A stretch of DNA of 64,000 bases from the NCBI RefSeq assembly GCF_004010195.1, contig NC_057751.1, forward strand, positions 5,511,223 through 5,575,222, written 5' to 3'. Position numbers and translations under genes: made by a program. The stretch is from Chiloscyllium plagiosum. Its lineage: Eukaryota. Below are positions 61,790 through 64,000 of this stretch, piece after piece (position 1 is the stretch's first letter; each line of letters opens with the position of its first letter). The notes beneath the pieces are model-generated. The model made no database searches and was not told where the DNA came from. It saw only the letters and a program-made list of their open reading frames with translations.

Positions 61790-62095
61790 TTCACAGGATG
61801 TGATAATGCTGGTTAGACCTACATTTATTGCCAAAAGGGTCATTAAGAGTCAACCACATTGCTGTGGGTTTGGAGTTACATGTAAGCTGCACCAGATAAG
61901 GTCGATTTCCTTGCCTAAAGGACATTAGTGAAGCAGATAGGTTTTCTGACATTTAGCCATTATTTCATGATCATCATGAGACTCTTAGATCCAGATTTTC
62001 CTTGAATACAAATCCAGCTTCTGCCACGGTGGGATGTGAACCTGGGTATCTGGTTTAACAGTCTAATGGTAATACCATTGGGTCTTCACCTCCAC
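61790..62095 (-). mobile_element. Dispersed SINE-like repeat (copies also at ~1650-2095 and ~10095-10390)
   Basis: Shared core TTTCCTTCCCTAAAGGACATTAGTGAACCAGATGGG and a tRNA-like GGTTCAAATCCCACC head on the minus strand; family not identified. Confidence 0.6.
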
Positions 62096-64000
62096 TTAAA
62101 CTGAATAGAAGAAATGGTTCATCCAACCGTGGGGTTGGGGGTCGAAGCCAGGTCTCTCAGCACTGTGAATCAGTTTGCCTCACCTTTCTCTCTTCATTGT
62201 AACTGCAAGGTGTGATATTGGGGGTCATTTTTTAAACCCTGATAAAACTGATATTTCTGTGATAATTTACTGGTGCAGCACTCGTGTCTATTATTGATCA
62301 TACTGTCCGAATCAATTAACGTGCTGCTGTGCTCCCAATGGGGAGCTTTGTGCTGGAGGTCTGGGCCAGATTCATGACTTAAAATGAAATTTCTTGGTGT
62401 TCACTGTACCACTGTGTTACAAATTCACCCTCCAACCATGGACCAACAAGCAGCTGCTTTACTCTCCCATCAACTCAATTTGTTGGGGGAAAAATAAATC
62501 TTAAATTTATGAGAGTTTGCACAATTCATATGTTATCACTATCCAAACCTGTAATCTTTCACAGTGAACTACTGCAATGTTTAAAATAACTTGGCAGCAA
62601 TGATGGAGAAGATTTAAATATCTTCAAATAAAACAAGAACTTCTCTGCCAACCTTCAGCAATGGAGATGAAGACACAATACAAATCTTATTTTAAGATAT
62701 ATGCATCAAAACATTATTTATTGGGAAAATGATCACTTGGATACATTACAATGTAAAGTATAGATACAACGTCATAATTGGCAATCCCCCTTTTAGTCAC
62801 TAGAATCTGTACAAAAATAGTCTGCTTTGATTTGTAGCTTTACTCTGGTCAGTAATGCTTCAAACATTCACTCTTCTGCACTACTTAATGTCAACAAGCA
62901 TGCCAATAAGTACTGTGACTGCAGAGAATAGGGGCTGGGGCATCTCTCCTTTAGCGGGAGTTGCACAGGACTGTAGGACTCTTTTTACAACAAAACCTAT
63001 CCTTGGCAGGCAGGCCATGGTGGTTTGGAGTGGGGTGGGGTTCTCGCAGGTCACCTGGCCACGCCCCTCTTCCAATTCTGGAAATACAGAACGCAGAAGA
63101 AGGGCTTTGCCAAACAGTGCCACAAGAAGGGTGATCACTTGTACATTCAACCAGGAACACGACCTCTTCAAGGAGAAAGGGAAGCCAAACAAACAAAGTG
63201 CATTCTAAAAGCTCGATCTGGAGAATACACAAGCAGCATCCATGTGGATAAGCAGAAATAAAACATGTCACTGACACATTGTCTGGATAAGGCAGAGAGA
63301 AAGTGAGTGAGAGAGAGAGAGAAATAATATAGGTAGTAGAATTTTAAAATCTCACAGCCAAGTCAAAGCCTCCTGAAGAGGGTTTCACAATTGCTGTCCT
63401 GGTTCTGCCACAATCCCAGTACTGTACAGAATTTGTTTCTTGTGCTGCTCATGATAAACCCTTTACTTTAATTAATATCCAATGATTTTATTTTAATCCA
63501 GAGCACCTCCCTTGGTAAAGGTTTTTGAAGAGTGCACATACAACATACATCACACAATGTATACTAGAATCACACAATACTGCAGCTGGAATAACTACAA
63601 GTCACAACAGCATATTCTGATTGGATACAAATACAAAAGCAAAGGGAGATAAGACTGACCTTCAAGAGATCTACTTGCGAACCCACAATGATTTGAAACT
63701 ACAGTAGCAGAGGTTGCATAGGTTTGCAACACATGAACCTCCAATGAAACCTCAGGTTGGAGAAAACATTTTAGCAGGCAATTCAAATGTACATGATTTC
63801 AGTTGGAGTTAGAAAAACAACATTACTTCTGTTGTAAGCAAAACAAATGAGGAATAAAGTGCAGGTTATAAAAATGTGACTTCAGGTTACAATAATAAAG
63901 ACATTGACAAGAACAAGAAAAATGCAGCTGAGTGCAGTTATTAGAAGGAACATAAATAAATCACAGCAGGAACTTGAATTAATTATTGAAACAAAATAAG

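Noticed and set aside
60010..64000. Further AAK1 coding exons or the canonical short terminal exon
   Set aside because: No matching peptide in any frame; probably intron or alternative UTR, but this cannot be decided from the window.

Overview
Vertebrate genomic DNA, very probably an elasmobranch (shark), judged from many HE1-type V-SINEs with (TTAGA)n tails and CR1/HER1-like LINE 3' ends. Two host genes lie on the minus strand. (1) A complete 8-exon NFU1 gene (Fe-S cluster scaffold, 248 aa, CTSC motif) runs from the ATG at 29644 to the stop at 300. All introns are GT-AG and all phases are consistent. (2) The 3' end of AAK1 is represented by a 1067-nt terminal coding exon (55253-54187) with a BMP2K_C-like tail, followed by a probable ~6.4-kb 3' UTR. 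The AAK1-NFU1 order matches human synteny. The rest is mostly retroelements: Penelope-like elements (PLE; RT plus GIY-YIG), CR1, one TSD-bounded L1 with its RT core replaced, Rex/Babar-like fragments, SINEs and solo LTRs. The most striking pattern is a dozen or more minimal hammerhead-ribozyme cores (CTGANGA-stem-GAAA plus a palindromic stem III) from at least four PLE families. Several occur as ~125-146-bp TSD-flanked mini-insertions that begin right at the ribozyme. Others are long hairpins whose inversion point sits in the ribozyme. Everything here was read by eye; no searches or folding were run.
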